From assembly GCF_018350175.1 (NCBI RefSeq), contig NC_058368.1, positions 213,468,001 to 213,532,000 of the forward strand: 64,000 nucleotides of DNA. Direction: 5' to 3'. The stretch is from Felis catus. Its lineage: Eukaryota. Shown here piece by piece: positions 1 to 11,974 of the stretch. The notes under the pieces were generated by a model. The model was not told the DNA's origin. It saw only the letters and a program-made list of their open reading frames with translations, and made no database searches. The position numbers were made by a program, and so were the translations under genes. Within the stretch, counting starts at the first letter, position 1. Every line of letters begins with the position of its first letter.

Positions 1-148
1 CGGACGAGAGGGTTTCGGAGCACCTGCGGGCTCCCAGGGAGACTGGCTTGTCTGGCAACCGTCACCTGCTTGTGGAAGAGCCCCGAGGCCCGCTGGCTTC
101 CTAGAGACACGAGGCTGTTGGCCCTGGCTTTTCCTGGTTCCTTGTGAG
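1..148 (-). CDS. PDZD2: PDZD2 coding exon, 5' part (runs off the window edge)
   Basis: ctccccaccag|CT. (T)HKEPGKARANSLVSLGSQRASGLFHKQVTVARQASLPGSPQVLRNPLV; open to position 1. Confidence 0.92.
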
Positions 149-242
149 CTGGTGGGGAGGGGGAAAGAAATCATTAAATGAGACAGGGTTTCCCATCTGG
201 CCTGGTTTTACAACTCAACCCCCCTCATTATACATGAGCACG

Positions 243-263
243 CCCCCCCCCCCCCCCCCCCCC
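243..263. repeat. C21 homopolymer
   Basis: Read directly. Confidence 0.95.
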
Positions 264-931
264 TTCACAACTGCCACCTATTCGTCCTCTGGCCACTGAA
301 GACCAGGCTTAGATGATAGGGCTTCTTGGGATTTGCACAGAGTGGACAGCCAGAGTCCCTCTCTCCTTTTCCCACTGGCCTCTTTTCTTGTTTAAAATTT
401 TTTTTCTTTTTTTTACTTCAATCTCTGGATTTGGTTTGCACATGTATGCTGCCTAGAGACAGAAATGTTTAATTCATCAACACCCATGATGCCTGATACA
501 TGGCTGGGGTTCGCACAAGATGCTGCTGCTGGGAGCTCCTTTTTGGGAGGACGCCCAGAGACCAGCAAGCCCTGCACTCCAGGACCTTATCCCGTGAGGC
601 CCCCCCCTTCATCACAGGAGGCCCTTCCTCAGGGGCAAGGAGTGGGGGCTGGGTACGGGGGGCACATAAGCTCCTAGAACATGGTACAGGGAGCCTGATA
701 TTATATTGTCTGTAACCAACCAGGGATAGGGCAAAACTTGTTTGCTCAGCAAACTCTTTGCATCTTGCTAAATGAAAGAAAAATTACACGTGCTTCCACC
801 TTGAAATGTTTCCATCAGAGACTAGAGCAAGTGCATCAGCTGCTTCAAATGAAAGCCAGAGTGGTCAAGTCTGCCTGTCCTAAGACAGAGATGTTCTTGT
901 TCAGACATTAGAAATTAAAAAAAAAAGTGCA

Positions 932-1135
932 GGGGTGCTTGGGTGGCTCAGTTGGTTGAGCGTCTGACTTTGGCTAAGGTCATGATCTCGCGGCTTGTGA
1001 GTTGAGCCCCATGTCGGGCTCTGTGTGAACAGCTCAGAGCCTGGAGCCTGCTTCAGATTCTGTGTCTCCCTCTCTCTCTGCCCCTCCCCCACTCATGCTC
1101 ACTCTCACTCTCAAAAATGAATAAACATTAAAAAA
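932..1135 (+). mobile_element. CAN-SINE
   Basis: tRNA-derived head gggtggctcagttggttgag, (CT)n region, A-rich tail. Confidence 0.92.
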
Positions 1136-1187
1136 TATATATTTTTTGGTAATTTTTTTAGTGTTTATTTGTCCTGTGAAACTCCCA

Positions 1188-1353
1188 GTCCGTGAGTTCA
1201 AGCCCCGCCTTGGGCTCTGTGCTGACAGCTCAGAGCCTGGAGCCTGCTTCAGATTCTGTGTCTCCCTCTCTCTGACCCTCCCCCATTCATGCTCTGTCTC
1301 TCTTTGTCTCAAAAATAAATAAACATTAAAAAAAAAAATTAAAAAAAAAAAAA
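1188..1353 (+). mobile_element. 5'-truncated CAN-SINE
   Basis: Begins at gtccgtgagttcaagccc; polyA tail. Confidence 0.9.
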
Positions 1354-1883
1354 GCAAACCACACCAGCAGAAGCCTGAGAAATCAGTATGGTTCACATGG
1401 GATTATCTCATATTATAGTGAGAGTGTAATCAATGAGATTTAAAAACACCTGTTTGATAACATCTCTCTTACGGGTTCAGAATCTTTCACTCGTTGCCTT
1501 CTAAAAAGAATGAAGTTAGGGCCCAGTAAGGGAAGGGACCTGGATCTTGGCTAGGGTTCCCCTAAAACATAAAGCCATCAGGTTGCTAACCTGATTTCAT
1601 GCCATAAATTTCAAGACTAAGTTATGTAAATAGCATCTAAATGCTGGTTTAGCCACCTCCCACACCCTGGGTGCAGAACGGGTGTCCAGATCCTTTACCG
1701 CAGACCTGAGGGGCCCGTCATTAAATGGTGGGCTGCATTTTCTAAGAATAAACTCTGAATTTCGTCAGGGAACAAAGACGGCTTCTACTCAACCAGAGGC
1801 TTGGGTTCCAGTTCTCCGTTCACATTAAAGCATCATAATACGTAAACCCATGTGGCCCGAGTCAGAAAACAGTCATTGTTTAC

Positions 1884-2040
1884 TGGAGGTGCTGGGTGGC
1901 AGGCCACCGTCTTCAGAGATGCTGCAGCCACTTCCTGGGTGATCCTCGTCCTCAGAGCCGGCCACCATGAAGTCTGACAGGGGGCCTGGGACACCGGGGG
2001 CAAAGTACTGGGCGGGTTCGGGGTCAGAAATCAGGGGGTC
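1884..2040 (-). CDS. PDZD2: PDZD2 coding exon (157 nt)
   Basis: cttctccaacag|GAC ... TCC A|gtaaac. DPLISDPEPAQYFAPGVPGPLSDFMVAGSEDEDHPGSGCSISEDGGLPPSTS. Confidence 0.92.
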
Positions 2041-2563
2041 CTGTTGGAGAAGACAGTGGTGGATGATGAGCAAGCACACCAGAAGCTGATCAGCTGAAAT
2101 AGTAATTACTTCCTGTCTTTCCAAGAACACTTTGTTTGAATCCATGGTCCTGTGAAACAGTGGTGACAATAAACACCCAGTTCCATTTACTTCAGGATGG
2201 CTAAATTAAACAATTAAGGAAAAAGCCAACAGTTGCTGCCAGACCATGTTTTTAAAAGATTTTTTTTTTTTGCCAAATGCTTAGCAATGATCAGAAAAGC
2301 CACAGCAGCACTGTATCAACCACCCCAGGAAAAACACTGGGGGAGAGAGAGAGGAAAATAGAAATAAATTCCCAGCCACTGGTTCAATCTAGTGATGGAA
2401 CAAGGAAGAGGGGAGTTTGAATCCTGGGCTCTGATCCACTGGGATTGAGGGGCCGCCAGCTGAGAAAGATTCCAGTCTCCTTAAAGTCACAGGCTCCCCC
2501 CAAACCAACTGGGACCCTTTACTGTGGAGCAGGTTGTAAACTATCCTTCAAACTGCAGCTCAT

Positions 2564-2746
2564 GGGGCTCAGGTCATGATCTCACGGTTTGTGAGTTTGA
2601 GCCCCGCATCAGGCTCTCTGCTGACAGCTAGGAGCCTGGAGTCTGCTTCAGATTTTGTGTCTCCTTCACTCTTTCTGCCCCTCCCCAACACATACGCGTG
2701 CTCTCTCTTTCAAAAATAAACATTAAAAAAAATTAAAAAGAAAAAA
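2564..2746 (+). mobile_element. CAN-SINE lacking A-box region
   Basis: Starts ggggctcaggtcatgatc; TSD tgcagctca. Confidence 0.9.
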
Positions 2747-2979
2747 TGCAGCTCACTTCTTTTATTTTGTTGCTCTATTCTTTTCCTAGATGAATAGTTA
2801 ATGAAAGAAACACACATTTTTATATTTGTTCTCAAATTAGCATTGTTGCAGTTGTCTGTGTAGAGTGGCCAAAATGACTCATGGACAGAAATATGAGCTG
2901 GGCCCTCAGGTTTGGCTTCTGGGCTCCAGGAATCGGTTCGTGGGCCATCTGAGCGAGGCAGCAGTGTGCCTTGACTCAC

Positions 2980-3014
2980 CTTTTTTGCAAGAGAGGGACT
3001 CTTCAAGGGGGTAC
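2980..3014 (-). CDS. PDZD2: PDZD2 short coding exon (35 nt)
   Basis: ttttccctccaacag|GT ... AAG|gtgagt. (G)TPLKSPSLAKK; needed to restore phase between its neighbours. Confidence 0.92.
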
Positions 3015-4548
3015 CTGTTGGAGGGAAAATTCACCATAAAGTTAAAAGAGCGCAGCTCGAATTCTTACAACTAGGCTCTCATTCTCAACTAGAAAAGAAG
3101 GAGCCAAACATATTAACTCTTCTCTGCTTGACTGACACTGATGGGCTGTGTGCATAGGTGGTAGACATGCATGCACTTGACCCGATCCCCACCCCACCCC
3201 ACCTCCCAAGGTTCTGCTCATGCTTCAAGCCCTAACTTGGATGCTACCACCTCCATGGGATCACCCAGTTGGAAGTAACTTCTTCTGAATCTCGAGAGTA
3301 TTTTATATTACCCATAAACCAATTTCCATACACACAGTATAATTTAATTATAAGTGGATGCCTCTCATATTCCTTCCTCAGCTATTCATCTACAGGGCTG
3401 AGATCTTCAGTGATCTGACTCCACAATGCTCAGCATTGCACCTGGGTCTAGGAAGTATTCAGTGATATCTGCTGAACGGATCGAAGGATCAACGAACAAA
3501 GAAGTCCCACTCAAGAAACCCATGAAGAAACTGGGGAGAGGGTTGAATAACCTATTTTGGTTTTTAGTAGAAGGATGTGAAGATTCTGCATTGAAACTTT
3601 AAATTCTATGCCATGAGCAAAAAGATCTTGGGCATGAGGTCCATAGCTTAATAAAATCTTTCAAAATAAATGATCGAATGGGTACGCCAGGCTTAGGAGA
3701 GGACAGCTTGCAGGCAGGTCAGGAGAAGGAGCTGGCCAAATAAAGGGCCCATTATGGTTGTGCCCACTTTAAATATATTAATTATGGATGGAAATAATCA
3801 GGGTATTACATGGCTGCCAAAAAATCTTAAGTCTTCCTTTTCCTCTGACAACCAGTAACTCATGTCTCAGTTCTTTTTCTCCTGACATCAATCTTAACAT
3901 CAGTAATATCTTGAGTTGAGACATGTTTGCAGTCCCTTTGGATTTCTATTCTACCGGAAACATTACTTTCAAAACTTGATGGAATGTTTCACATTTAAAA
4001 TTCATAGAAATTCTTACTATTTCAGTCCTTCTCTGCCTTAAGTTTCCCACTTAAAGAAGTGGAAAATCATGATTTTGGGAGCCTCTATTACCCTTAAGTT
4101 GAAACTTAAAAAATACCAACTTATCATTGAAATAGAGCTGCCGTACTTTGTGGAAATTTTTAATTCATGTAAAGAAACCCCAGGTTTTGGAATGGAGACC
4201 ACTCTGCATCTATCAAACAACTGATATTTTGGGATTACTTCATTTTTACCTAAAACATTTCATATGAATTGTACATAAAACACACGAAATGCCGCTAACT
4301 CATTTTTGCAAATGATCTTGTAGTACAAGAAGCATGCATAATTAGAACTTTAATAAAGCACATTAAATAACTGCAGAAATCAAAAGTAGACGCTAAGAAA
4401 AAGCACAGAATCTCCTGGACAACTACTTCTGCCAAACCTGGTAATTACAAAGAATCCAACCAATAACATTGCATTGGGGAGTGTCCCATGGGGAAGGTTA
4501 ATTGAGAGACTCTTCTGAGTGTTGAATGAAAATGTGCAAATACAGTAC

Positions 4549-4630
4549 CTAAGCCAGGAGAGGAATTGGCCTCTTTGCTCTCCTGATAAGTGCTGCGTGC
4601 TATCACTGCATCCATTTCCTGCTCGGAAAC
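4549..4630 (-). CDS. PDZD2: PDZD2 coding exon (82 nt)
   Basis: gaaaaccag|GTT ... TTA G|gtactg. VSEQEMDAVIARSTYQESKEANSSPGL(G). Confidence 0.93.
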
Positions 4631-4929
4631 CTGGTTTTCAGCAGAAAGCACAAATTAGCTGGTTTTATTTATTTTTCCCCCAAAAAAGTAGCTAGGACCA
4701 GAGTCAGAGGCTGAGTGCAAATAAAGAGGAAAACCACAGGACCAAAGATTATGACCATCCTCTGAAGCAATAGCTCAGGGCGTACAAGAAATATTGCCAG
4801 GTTAACATATTGCTTCAAACAATGTATTCAAAATCAGACCCTCAGTTGGTTTTCAAATTCATTAAAGCTTTCACGTGCTACATGGCTGATACCTGCCTCT
4901 CTCTAGAACACTCACTTCTAATTCTTTTT

Positions 4930-6080
4930 TCCTAGATTTTACTTAAACAATTTCAAACCTACATAAAACTTGTAAAAGTAACACAAGAGTAGTGAATTCT
5001 TCATTGTTGTTTTTTAAAACATTCTCCCACATTTACACTCATGCTCTTTCTTTATACAGATACACACACCATTTAACATTTTAATTTGGGAGTCAGTTGC
5101 AGACGTTAAGAGGTTAGTTACAAACCTCCTAAAAACAAGAACATTCTCTTTAATAACCCCAGTACTATTGTCAATTCTAGGAAATTTAACATTGACACAA
5201 ATGACTGTCTAATGCACATTTTATATTCCAATTCAGCCAACTGTACTAACACCGTCCTTCAGAAATGCTACTTAAAATGTGTCAGTCGGCAGAAGTAGTT
5301 CACAGGAAGTTTGATGCCAGCTTGTGAGGAGATAGGATTTTCCTCTAGAATGCTTATCAACACTCAGCTTCTTTCCCAACAGTGTCTTGCTGGGGGAAAA
5401 ATATCCACTGAACTGAGTGGTGGCCCTAGTGATGTAACTGATTTGCATTCTGGTGCAAACTCCTTATCTTGTTGTGGATCTTTAGCGGATTGTCACCAAC
5501 TAACTCCTTCGCATAGTAATGCTTTATAGAAATTTCATTTTTGGCAATCCAGAATTCAATTTAGGGTCAAGTCTTTTTTAGACTCCTTTAATCCAAAACA
5601 CTACTGAGCTTTTGTCTGTCACAATACTGATATTCTGGAAGAAACCTAGGCCAATCAAACCCTCAATTAGGATCTAATAGTTTTTTCATGCTGAGATTTA
5701 GATTATGTTTTTTTTTTTTTTTTTTTTTTTTTGGCAGAAAAACTACAACAACTGTTTCCTTTTCAGGGCACCAGAGAGGCACTCAGGGTCAGCATTTCAT
5801 GTTTCATGACTGATGGTAACTTTGACCACTTGATTAGGATGGACTTCACCACATTTCTTTACTAGATTTTTTTTTTTTTTTTTTTGGTCATCAGTGAGTA
5901 ATCTGGGAGGAAACAGCTTCAGACAACATCAATATCCTGCTCCCTGGTATATTTTTACTCAATGGTTTTAGCATCATTGATTATTCTTATTTGAATCAAT
6001 TTTTATGATGAAGTTTTCAAAATAGTCATTTTATAACTCTTCTTTTCTTTCGATATTTATTGGGATCATGGTAGATTCAT
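4930..6080 (-). mobile_element. Ancient L1 (L1MC/ME-like) 3'UTR relic carrying an internal insert
   Basis: Degraded antisense 3'UTR motifs (ttcaaacctaca, ttaacattgacaca, ctttatag, actttgaccacttgattagg). Confidence 0.55.
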
Positions 6081-7525
6081 GCATTTTTCCCCCATTAGTT
6101 GTTATCCCTGTCATTATTCAATATGGAAAAAAAGTGATATATGCTGAACTATGAGGTATTTTAAAAGACAATTACATAACTTGCATAGAGTTTCTTTTTT
6201 AAAGGTAAGAATACTGTAAACTTAGAATGGTAATTTTATGTACTAAAATAACATTTAGCATAAGTAATATTTGGATAAGCATAGCAATTTTTCTTAATAA
6301 GTAAATAAAGTTATGCAAGATTCAGCATTATGTTTTAATCTAACAGATAAATCATAATCACATCATGGCTTTTATGTAATACTTTCTAGCAACCTTCACA
6401 GGAAATAAAAAATATATATATATATACATGCACAAAGCATACACACTAAAACACAAACATATACTTCATAAAGCAAAAGTAATTTTGTATAAATGAGTCA
6501 GGGAAAATATAAGCTTATATGGTGGTTGCAAATTTTTCTTGCCAATTTGCAAGAATTGCAAGGTTGCCATTTTCTAATTGACATTAGACTTTCAATATTT
6601 GCAACTATTTTTCTGAGTGGGAGAAAAATGGTCAGGTTTTGAAACAAGTGAAAGATTTCCTGGATAATTCTAGTCATGCTGAGAGCCCCAGGACCAGTTA
6701 AAAATGGACCTCTATGACTTTCTTCTACTTAACATAAGCTAGAAGCTGTGACCTGAGTAAGTCCAAATCTTAGCTTGTCTAGACCTGGAGGGTTTGAATA
6801 TCCCAGTTGGGCAGTCACTGCGCCAGTCATTATGAGAAACAGAAGAAAAGAAAATCCTTGTGGTATTTCTATTGGAACAACATGAAAACTAAGGAAGTAC
6901 ATACATTCAGTATCAAAATGTACTACTGGCATGAGATGCTGGGGTGAGCGGTGTAAAAATACATTAAACATAAAATGGAGTCTTGACCAAAAGAAAAATA
7001 TAGTATGATGTTACAATTAAGAACACCATGTTTACCTAGGAAGAAATGTGAAATCTAGTAAAACAAATACTGAAATCTGGTTTTGCTGGATGTATCTCCC
7101 ACACCATCATGATGACCATTTACTGTGGCCAGAAACATGAATCAACCTGTATTCAACAGGATCGCAGACCACCAGTCCATCAGAATTATTATGCTTTGCG
7201 CTTAAATGCCATTCTGATGTTTGATTGTACTGGCAAATTAGGTAGATGCTTTTGGGCTGAGACGAAGCAGACCTCCCAACAAATCGTGACCTGTGCTATT
7301 TTGGAATGGATTTTGAAGTCAGACATGCCTTGAAACGAATGCCTGGAAACCACTGAGAACTTAATTTTTGATAATGTTGCTGAGGGATGTGCAAGGTCAG
7401 CTCTAGCTTATTGGACTGCTTCCTAAGTGGGAAGCAGGTGATGGAATCCCAGAGAGGACCCTAGAGGAAGGAGTCAAGACCACTCTAGCTGTGAGTTTGA
7501 GGCAAAGTGGTGTTAAAAATGACAT

Positions 7526-7702
7526 GGGGTGCCTGGATGGCTCAGTTGGTTAAGTGTCTGCCTCTTGATTTCAGCTCAGGTCATGATCTTGTGGTTGTTG
7601 GGATCAAGCCCTGAATCAGACTCCTTGCTGACAGCAATCTGCCCCTCCCCTGCTTGCACACTCTCTCTCTCAAAATAAATAAATAAACTTAAAAAAAAAA
7701 AA
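7526..7702 (+). mobile_element. CAN-SINE
   Basis: Head and polyA; TSD aaaaatgac. Confidence 0.9.
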
Positions 7703-8217
7703 TGACCCAAACAGAGCCATGGGGACAGCAGAGAGACAGAGAACAGATTACAAGGGAAAATGCCAGGACTATAAAACGTAAAGGAGAAAAACAGGAAGTG
7801 ACAAGAAGGAAAAAATGGAAAATGGTAGAAGCAGGACTTGATTTTATTTTAATGATATTTATTCAAGAAGTTTTTATTTAAGACATATATAGACAGGAGA
7901 ACACAATCTGGGAAAAAAAATAGTAGTGGAGTTGACTTTGAATCAGTCTAATGGCAATCCTTGTCCAAGCACTATGGAGAACCAGTGTAACAAAAACACA
8001 CCACTGAAAACACTAAAAATGATGCTATAAAATTAATACACTAAAGAAATCTCGAAATGGGATGACCCAAAGTTCTCCACACACACGTCTTACTCTCAAG
8101 ATGGCATACAAGTCCATCAAGCATAGCAGTCTGGGACCGTTTAGGATATAATCAAATAATAGTACAAATGATACAGAGGAGGTGGTCATATGATAGGCAC
8201 AAAAAGAACTAATATTC

Positions 8218-8238
8218 TTTTTTTAATGTGTATTGATT

Positions 8239-8274
<36 letters not shown>

Positions 8275-8439
8275 TGAGAGACGGGGAGGGGCATAGAACA
8301 GGAGAAACAGAATCCAAAGCAGGCTCCAGGTTCTGAGCTGTCAGCATGAAGCCTGACACAGGGCTCGAACCCATGAACTGTGAGATCATGACCTGAGCCA
8401 AAGTCAGATGCTTAACCGACTGAGCCACCCAGATGCCCC
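8218..8439 (-). mobile_element. CAN-SINE
   Basis: Reverse head actgagccaccc, (GA)n; degenerate TSD aaaaaga.ctaat.ttctt. Confidence 0.92.
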
Positions 8440-9193
8440 AAAAAAGAGCTAATGTTCTTATGGAGCATTTTGAGTTACTGAAAAGGAAAGGCTGAATTTT
8501 GTAAAATATAACCTGATACTATAGACAAGTTAATTTAAAAGGATTTTTACATCAAGTACTTGAAACAACAAAAAAACTGTGCTCAAAGCCAGTAGAGTTG
8601 AAATTGCTGAGGTGTGCTCCGGTTAACCTAAAAAAATTAAAAGCAACTGCTCAAGTATAAAAGAGATGCAACCAAATAACACAAAGGCCCACGATACAGG
8701 GGCTATGATTATCTGCAAATTCAACAATGTGATATCAATGCAGAAAAAATATTAGTGGACTCTTAAGCCTTAATGACAGAAGTATTCTCCTCAGGTCAAG
8801 GATGGCCTGGACAGATCATTTAATCCAATGCTCTCACATTTTCTTGATGCAGAAACCCAAAAAGGTTAAGTATCTCACTAGAGATCAAACAGCTGGAAGT
8901 TACTCAGAACCCAGCACTCTTATCTTCCTACCATATTTTATATTCACCAATAACACTGTCAAAATTTTCTAATGAAATTTCTAAGAGTGTGAAGATGAAG
9001 AAGTCCACATCAATGATTTGTTCCCATGTGTATCAGTTACTTGGCCACTGTGTGACCACAGGCTGATTCCCAAGCCCGGCTGGGTGAACTGTCTTACCAG
9101 AGTGTGCGTCATCATAGGAATATGTGTCATCACTGCTACAGGACAAATAACCAAGCCATCTTTTCATATTTAGAACAATAAGAAGTTCTTCAC

Positions 9194-9326
9194 CTTTGGA
9201 TTAGGGTGCCGGCCAATGACAAGTCGAACAGGTCCTGGGGGGCATTTGCTCAGGATGGTATGGACTTTGCTTAAAGCAGCATGGCGGACATTGACTGAGT
9301 TCACTTCCAGGATTTGATCTCCGCGG
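9194..9326 (-). CDS. PDZD2: PDZD2 coding exon (133 nt), C-terminal half of a PDZ domain
   Basis: cctccctag|C ... AAG|gtgaag. RGDQILEVNSVNVRHAALSKVHTILSKCPPGPVRLVIGRHPNPK. Confidence 0.95.
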
Positions 9327-9574
9327 CTAGGGAGGACAACATAACCAACACACTGTGGTAACAGTTAAGTTTTTACAAGATTTCCCTCTGGGAGAGGTTT
9401 ATAATAGGAAATCTTTTCTGAATACTTTAAAGAAGCAAATGACATCTTTTCATCTTTGCATATGTGTGAAAAAGCAACACATTCATATAAACACATTAGA
9501 TATTAAATCAGCAAAGTCCTTATGTGTATCTAGCTGCATTTTCAGTAGTAAAGTTAAATAAAATTGATAATAAG

Positions 9575-9750
9575 ACAATAACAAGGGTTACCATTTCTTG
9601 AGCACAGAGTGTAAACCAGGCACTATACAAAGCAATTTCCATAACAATCCTTTGAACAGGTATTATTATTCCTATTGTTTAGACAAGGCCACAGACTTTA
9701 GAGAGGCCACCTTGATGTCACACACTGTTGAACTCAGGTCTGTCTACCTT
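9575..9750 (-). mobile_element. MIR relic (similar relics near 14690-14860, 23290-23570, 29100-29240, 61085-61310)
   Basis: ccaggcact...aggtattattattcctatt...aactcaggtctgtct motifs. Confidence 0.55.
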
Positions 9751-10949
9751 TTGATCATCACAAGATAGCTCCTTGACCACCACCATTTTCTTTTTTTCCC
9801 TACCATCTTGAAATGATTATTGTAATGTAATTTGAGGGGGAAATATCTTGAAGCTCAAAGGTTACCCAAGAATTTGTAAAAACGTTTTAAATTTGAACAA
9901 ATGAGAAATTGGGGACAAGATGCCCATTTTGACTTGAAATTATAGGCAGAGAACTCAGTAGGAGAGAACAAAAGACTCTTTATATGGTGTTTGAAGAATG
10001 TTCATTTGGCAGGCTCCAGACATATGGAACCATTCAAGAAAGAAACATCATCTTGGGATGTCATTAAAGGATTTTTTTTCCTTGGGTTCTAAAAGTATAT
10101 TTTCTTTAATGTACTTTGGATGATTTGCTAAATTTTTTTTGTATGAAAATTCACTCTGATGATTAACTAAAAACATAACATAATCTATTAACAGGGCCCC
10201 AAAATGGCAACCTCAAGGCATGTCATTTTGACAATTCCTCAACTGCTCAAGGACTTAGAAGCTTATAGGGGGGAAAAGTGATACTGTTTACACAGAGTGC
10301 TTTGTGCACTACGCGTATATTCTTGTGGCGTTTGGGTGGGCACAGATCCACTGCAGTTACTATATAATAGAACACCTAGACATCTCTCGTATAACAGAGT
10401 ATCCATGCTACAACTCAACTAGCTGGACTGAGAAATCAGACATGTGGCGATTTCCGACAATAAGCATCTAGACAACATCACTCAGAAAGGAATGAAACAA
10501 CAGGAAAGGTCAAGAGATTATACTTAATAATAATAGAGGCCCCCAGTTTAAGGGCATGATTTCAGACTCTTTTGTATCCAGTGATTCTGAACTGTTATGA
10601 GCAGTTCCTGGCATCACCTATGAATTTTACATAAATGAATATAAAAGTGAAAGAAAATATTTAGACGATCATAGGTATCTATGTAGAGTTGTATTTTGTC
10701 AAGTTTCTGAAACTGAGCTTCTGAGTCCAAACAGATCAAAATAGGGAAGCCAAGATCTATAGTTCTCTACTGCTATATTAGCTTTTCATCTTTGGAAATT
10801 AATTATAATCTTGGCTATACTATCACTGCAAATAATACAAAAGTTTAGAATCTCACAAAAGAATGTAATAGGGCAGATATCTTACACGTATATTCATTCC
10901 TAAATTCACGAACATCCCAGAAGCCTATATTATCAGGTTTACAACAAAC

Positions 10950-11067
10950 CTCAGATTGCTCTCCATCTTGGCCACTGATCCTGGGGCAAGGCTGTGAATG
11001 TAGATACCTGGAGGGCTGTTTTCTAGAGCCAGGCAGCAGGCACCAATACCTAATCCAACTCTGGGCT
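10950..11067 (-). CDS. PDZD2: PDZD2 coding exon (118 nt), PDZ GLGI loop
   Basis: cctctcag|AG ... CTG AG|gtttgt. (E)PRVGLGIGACCLALENSPPGIYIHSLAPGSVAKMESNL(S). Confidence 0.94.
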
Positions 11068-11344
11068 CTGAGAGGCATCAAAGAAAACAAAGTTAAAAAA
11101 AAGTATAAGTGATACGAAGCTACATCACTGTATATTCAGACCAGCAATCATTTATTTTTGACCAGACTGAGAATGTAAATCCTGCTTTTTGCTGTTAACA
11201 TTATCATACTCTGTAAATGAAATGAGTCCACGGCAGAACCAGGGGCTAACTATGGACTGAATAATTCAGCTGTCTGCTCTCTGCTTAGTCTAAAGAACCT
11301 CCTCAATTCTGTTTTTGGAAACAGGCAGAGTCAAAGTAATATAT

Positions 11345-11456
11345 TTTTTTTAAGATTTTATTTTTTAAGTAATCTCTACACCCAACATGGGGCTCGAACT
11401 TACAACCCTAAGATCAAGAGTCCCGTGATCCTCCAACTGAGCCACCCAGACGTCCC
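11345..11456 (-). mobile_element. Short-type CAN-SINE
   Basis: taagtaatctctacacccaac...ggggctcgaact...actgagccacccag. Confidence 0.85.
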
Positions 11457-11974
11457 AATATTTTTTATTCTAGATACATTTCTTTCACTTATCTTTTTTA
11501 GCAACTAATCTCTTGGTTACTTCATTGCTCATATTTCTGTAGTAGGTGTAGAGGAAAAGGAAACAGATGAAAGGCTGTAAGATCTGGTGAAGACCCACAA
11601 CTTATAGTTATTAGCTGTATTCTCAACTATAATCTTTTGTTCTTCAAAATTTTTTATTAGCCCTAGAATTAAGTCAGTCAGTGATTTTTTTTTTTTTGGT
11701 TTTTTTTTTTAAACATGAGTTTCTGACACACAGTGATTCATCTGGGGAGAGCTTAAAAGACTTTGTACTACTGGTAACTCTTTTTCACTTTAGCAAAATG
11801 ACTAAAATCTCTACGTGTGATCCCACTGTCCATTTACAGAATACCATACGTTGTTGGCAGTAAACTGTTCCAAAGGAACAGTTCCTAGAAAAAATTAAAA
11901 AAAACGAAACCTAGGAACAGATGACAAATTATTATGTGAGAGAATGTAAGGAAGTGGGGAGTAGCTGGTATCAC

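Noticed and set aside
932..1010. tRNA genes
   Set aside because: The A/B-box-like sequences are tRNA-derived SINE heads followed by (CT)n and polyA.
901..1396. Recurrent ORFs such as ...RERETQNLKQAPGSEL and MAQSVKRPTSAQVMIS... across the window
   Set aside because: Translations of CAN-SINE sequence, not a protein family.
7355..7372. Sm-site-like AATTTTTG suggesting an snRNA copy
   Set aside because: Flanking sequence does not resemble any spliceosomal snRNA I know.
9090..9100. Alternative donor CTG|GTAAGA about 100 nt beyond the exon ending 9194
   Set aside because: The extension meets a TAA after seven codons and such motifs are common by chance.
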